Below are positions 17,546 to 21,059 of a DNA stretch of 21,059 bases, in pieces (positions within the stretch are counted from its first letter, which is position 1; every line of letters begins with the position of its first letter). Source of the stretch: Armatimonadota bacterium (GTDB lineage Bacteria > Armatimonadota > Armatimonadia > Armatimonadales > Armatimonadaceae); assembly GCA_043754515.1 (NCBI GenBank), contig JAYUUO010000298.1:1-21059 (forward strand). Direction: 5' to 3'. The notes beneath the pieces were generated by a model. The model saw only the letters and a program-made list of their open reading frames with translations, did not search any database and had not been told where the DNA came from. The position numbers were made by a program, and so were the translations under genes.

Positions 17546-18026
17546 CTACCGGAACATTCTTCGCGCACTCACCGAGGCAGATACGCGGTTCGTCGTGATC
17601 GGCGGCGTCGCCCTACACCTGCACGGCGGTAGTAACGTCACGTTCGATATGGACATCTCGTTCGCCCGCGACCGGGATAACGCGGCGACTCTCGCGACAG
17701 TTCTGACTGCCCACCATGCCCGCCTTCGCGGGCTCCCCGCCGACTTACCTTCCGTGTTGGACGCACAAGTCTTCCGCAACAGCACGAACCTAACCCTCGA
17801 CACGGATTGGGGTGCGTTTGATCTGCTCGCCGAGCCGGAGGGAGTGGACGGCTTCGCGGGGTTGTGGGAGCGCGCCGTTGTTATGGAAATAGACGGACGG
17901 GCGGTGCGTGTTGCGTCCATCCCCGACTTGATCGCCATGAAACGTGCCGCCGACAGACCTAAAGACCGGGAACATATCATGCAACTCGAAGCGTTGCGGC
18001 GGTTGCAGGATGCGGAAGTCGGCTAG
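17526..18026 (+). CDS. Minimal nucleotidyltransferase (Pol-beta superfamily), possible toxin-antitoxin component
   Basis: VVIGGVALHLHG...TFDMDI (GG + DxD), FDLL, DLIAMKRAADRPKD. Confidence 0.85.
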   Translation: MPEPEISYRNILRALTEADTRFVVIGGVALHLHGGSNVTFDMDISFARDRDNAATLATVLTAHHARLRGLPADLPSVLDAQVFRNSTNLTLDTDWGAFDLLAEPEGVDGFAGLWERAVVMEIDGRAVRVASIPDLIAMKRAADRPKDREHIMQLEALRRLQDAEVG

Positions 18027-18060
18027 CCACGCCCCGACAGCGCGGGGTACAGTCGGTTGT

Positions 18061-18291
18061 ATAGAAACCCCAGAATTACCCGCCCCCGCCGCCGAGTTGA
18101 CGCCCGAGCAACGCGTCCGCATGGAGGAGTGGCTCGCCGCGCACCCGTACGGCGAGCAGGACGAGAACGGCATTGACCTGTCGCTCCTGCGCAAGAACCT
18201 GAAACTCACCCCGACCCAACGTTTGCACCGATTGGAGTGTGCCGCGAATTCGTTGCGAGAACTGACCAGCGATGCCCGAACCCGAAATTAG
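18061..18291 (+). pseudogene. Second copy of the small NTase-partner gene, with ATA in place of ATG
   Basis: Colinear with 17315-17545 at a constant 746-nt offset; followed by only the first seven NTase codons (MPEPEIS). Confidence 0.75.
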
Positions 18292-18347
18292 CCCCCTGCT
18301 CACCTGACTAGCAACCGGTCTATGATGCAATCGCCCTACGGCACCGA

Positions 18348-18377
18348 TTGACCCCCTATAACACCGTGCGGTACAAT
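18348..18377 (+). promoter_or_regulatory. Putative sigma70 promoter of ppdK
   Basis: TTGACC-18 nt-TACAAT upstream of the AAGGA RBS and ATG 18471. Confidence 0.55.
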
Positions 18378-18470
18378 GCGAAGGTTTGCCGCGCCCGTGG
18401 CGTCTCACGCCCCCGCGCGGCTACACTTTTTTGAACACCCCTTAATTTGTGTGAAGGAATCTAACTTACT

Positions 18471-21059
18471 ATGGCTACCCAAAAGCGCGTCTGGCTTTTC
18501 CGCGACGGCAACAAATCTCTGCGCGACCTCCTTGGCGGCAAGGGCGCGAACCTTTCCGAGATGATGAACATCGGATTGCCCGTCCCCCCCGGATTTACAG
18601 TGACCACCGAGGTTTGTAACGACTACTACGCCGCCGGTCAGCGTATCCCGGACGGCGTGATGGACGAGGTACGCGCCGCGCTCGCCGACGTCGAACGCGA
18701 ACAGGGCAAGAAGCTCGGCGACCCGACCTCCCCGCTCCTGCTGTCCGTGCGCTCCGGCGCGAAGTTCTCGATGCCGGGCATGATGGACACCGTGCTGAAC
18801 CTCGGCTTGAACGACGAAACGGTAAAGAGCATGGTCGCGTCCACCGGAAACGCCCGCTTCGTGTACGATTCGTACCGCCGCCTGATCATGATGCTCGCCG
18901 ATGTCGCCTACTCGCACCTCGCCGACCACCTCTCCAAGCACCATTTCGAGCATATGTTCCGTGACAAGAAGGCCGCGTTAGGCGTCACCGACGACCTGCA
19001 AGTCGGCGCGGACGCCCTCAAGCAGCTCTGCGAGGAGTATCTGGCCCACTTCAAGGCGCAGACCGGCAAAGACTTCCCACAGGACGTTTTCGCGCAACTC
19101 GAAGACGCTATCACCGCCGTTTTCCGCTCCTGGAACAACGAGCGCGCGTTCATCTACCGCCGCCGCGAGAAGATCGCCGACGAGATCGGCACCGCCGTTA
19201 ATATACAGGCAATGGTGTTCGGCAACATGGGCGACGACTGCGGCACCGGCGTGGCGTTCACGCGCAACCCGTCCACTGGCGAGAACAAGGTTTTCGGCGA
19301 GTACCTGATCAACGCGCAGGGCGAGGACGTCGTCGCGGGCGTGCGAACGCCGCTCCCGATCGAGGAGTTGCGGACGTACAGCGAAAGCCTTTACGCCGAG
19401 TTCGTGAAGGTATGCTCGACGCTCGAAGATCATTACAAGGATATGCAGGACATCGAGTTCACCATCGAAAAGAACAAGCTGTTTATCCTGCAATGCCGCT
19501 CCGGCAAGCGCACTGGCCCCGCCGCCGTGAAAATCGCGGTGGACAACGTGAACGAGGGGCGCATCACGAAGGCGGAAGCCATCGCCCGCGTTGACCCGAA
19601 CCTGCTGACGCAGTGCCTCCTTCCGGTGATCGCGCCGGGCGCGAAGTACGAGACGCTGGCGAAGGGCTTGCCCGCCGGACCCGGCGCGGCGACCGGCATC
19701 GCGGTATTCGACTCCGAACGCGCCGCCGAACTGGGCAAAGGCGGGGCGGGTCAGAAGATCATCCTGGTCCGCGCCGACACGTCCCCGGACGACCTGAAGG
19801 GGATGCTCGCGGCGCAGGGCGTGCTCACCGAGCGCGGCGGCATGACGTCGCACGCGGCACTTGTGGCTCGCGGATTCGGCATCCCGACCGTCGCCGGCTG
19901 CTCCGAAGTGTCGGTCGGCAAAAACTCGTTCACGGTCAAGGCGACCGGGCAAGTGATCAAAGAAGGTGACAACATCTCGCTCAACGGCACGCTCGGCGAG
20001 GTGATCGAGGGCAACGTGCCCGTGCAGGAGGCGACGCTGTCCGGCGAGTTCGGGACGTTCCTCGGCTGGGCTGACGAGATCCGCGGCAAGTTCGGGGTAC
20101 GCACGAACGCCGACACGCCGAAGGATACGACCCTCGCGATCAAGCTCGGCGCGGAAGGCATCGGCCTGTGCCGCACGGAGCATATGTTCTTCGAGGGCGA
20201 GCGCCGCCCGGTGGTGCAGGCCATGATCCTGGCGAAGGACGACGCGACGCGGCAGACCGCGCTTGACGAGCTGTTGACGTATCAGCGCGAGGACTTCCGG
20301 GGCATCTTCGAGGCGCTCGGCGGCAAGCCTGCCTGTATCCGCCTGATTGACCCGCCGCTCCATGAGTTCCTTCCGAACCGCGAGGAATTGATCGCGGAGG
20401 TGGCGACGCTGAAGGCACTCGGCAAGTCCGATCCGCAGAAGGAAGCCTTGCTCCACGCGGTCGAGGAGATGCACGAGATCAACCCGATGATGGGGCTTCG
20501 TGGTTGCCGCCTGTCCATCGTGTTCCCGCAGATCGTGCAGATGCAGACCCGCGCCATTCTTGAAGGCGCGGCTGTGGTGATCAAGGCCGGTGGCAGCGCG
20601 CTCCCGGAGATCATGATCCCGCTCGTCGGGCATGTGAACGAACTCAAGTTCGTGCGCGAGCGGTTGGAAGCGACCGCGAAGGCCGTCGAGCACGAGCAGG
20701 GGATTTCGATCCCGTACACGTTCGGCACCATGATCGAGGTGCCGCGCGGCGCGCTGACGGCGGACGAGATCGCGGTCGAAGCATCGTTCTTCTCGTTCGG
20801 CACGAACGACCTAACGCAGATGACGTTCGGCTTCTCGCGCGACGACTCGGACAAGTTTCTCAAGCCGTACGTGGAGCAGAAGATCCTGCCGGGCGACCCG
20901 TTCGAAAGCATTGACCAGACGGGGGTCGGCCAGCTAATGGAGATCGCGGTGGCGAAGGCGAAGTCGGTGCGCCCGGACATCAAGCTGGGCATCTGCGGCG
21001 AGCACGGGGGCGAGCCGCGCTCGGTGGCGTTCTGCCACAAGATCGGGCTGAACTACGTG
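18471..21059 (+). CDS. ppdK: Pyruvate, phosphate dikinase (3' end outside the window)
   Basis: LLGGKGANL, LPVPPGF, LLSVRSGA..SMPGMMDTVLNLG, QGEDVVAG, GGMTSHAA, GIGLCRTEHMF, FSFGTNDLTQ, GICGEHGG; the motifs checked share one reading frame. Confidence 0.98.
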   Translation, partial: MATQKRVWLFRDGNKSLRDLLGGKGANLSEMMNIGLPVPPGFTVTTEVCNDYYAAGQRIPDGVMDEVRAALADVEREQGKKLGDPTSPLLLSVRSGAKFSMPGMMDTVLNLGLNDETVKSMVASTGNARFVYDSYRRLIMMLADVAYSHLADHLSKHHFEHMFRDKKAALGVTDDLQVGADALKQLCEEYLAHFKAQTGKDFPQDVFAQLEDAITAVFRSWNNERAFIYRRREKIADEIGTAVNIQAMVFGNMGDDCGTGVAFTRNPSTGENKVFGEYLINAQGEDVVAGVRTPLPIEELRTYSESLYAEFVKVCSTLEDHYKDMQDIEFTIEKNKLFILQCRSGKRTGPAAVKIAVDNVNEGRITKAEAIARVDPNLLTQCLLPVIAPGAKYETLAKGLPAGPGAATGIAVFDSERAAELGKGGAGQKIILVRADTSPDDLKGMLAAQGVLTERGGMTSHAALVARGFGIPTVAGCSEVSVGKNSFTVKATGQVIKEGDNISLNGTLGEVIEGNVPVQEATLSGEFGTFLGWADEIRGKFGVRTNADTPKDTTLAIKLGAEGIGLCRTEHMFFEGERRPVVQAMILAKDDATRQTALDELLTYQREDFRGIFEALGGKPACIRLIDPPLHEFLPNREELIAEVATLKALGKSDPQKEALLHAVEEMHEINPMMGLRGCRLSIVFPQIVQMQTRAILEGAAVVIKAGGSALPEIMIPLVGHVNELKFVRERLEATAKAVEHEQGISIPYTFGTMIEVPRGALTADEIAVEASFFSFGTNDLTQMTFGFSRDDSDKFLKPYVEQKILPGDPFESIDQTGVGQLMEIAVAKAKSVRPDIKLGICGEHGGEPRSVAFCHKIGLNYV

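Noticed and set aside
18405..21040. Long minus-strand ORFs (571, 252, 182 aa and others)
   Set aside because: Antisense shadows of the GC-rich ppdK gene, which the ORF track missed because it has no stop in the window.

Overview
GC-rich bacterial chromosome segment (gene repertoire suggests Armatimonadota; this is inference) with two accessory patches. Left (1-3.8 kb): a decayed Rhs polymorphic-toxin locus with an orphan toxin tip and immunity gene, an IS256 transposase relic interrupted by three 24-29 nt hairpin insertions, an internally deleted Rhs-HINT-toxin gene with a frameshift in the toxin tip, and a double-CxxCG immunity gene. Middle: steA-like gene, ECF sigma, zinc anti-sigma, DUF4864-like protein, a membrane-anchored AAA_35/STAND-coiled-coil-TPR protein and a Tat-exported GH76. 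A lower-GC island (~11.8-16.45 kb) carries a complete three-gene Lamassu/ABC-3C (DdmABC-like) defence system, sitting between GH76 and a truncated mannose-6-phosphate isomerase. Right: a small-protein plus nucleotidyltransferase pair with a partial tandem duplicate, then ppdK running off the window (absent from the ORF track). All family calls come from motif recognition by eye, not database searches.
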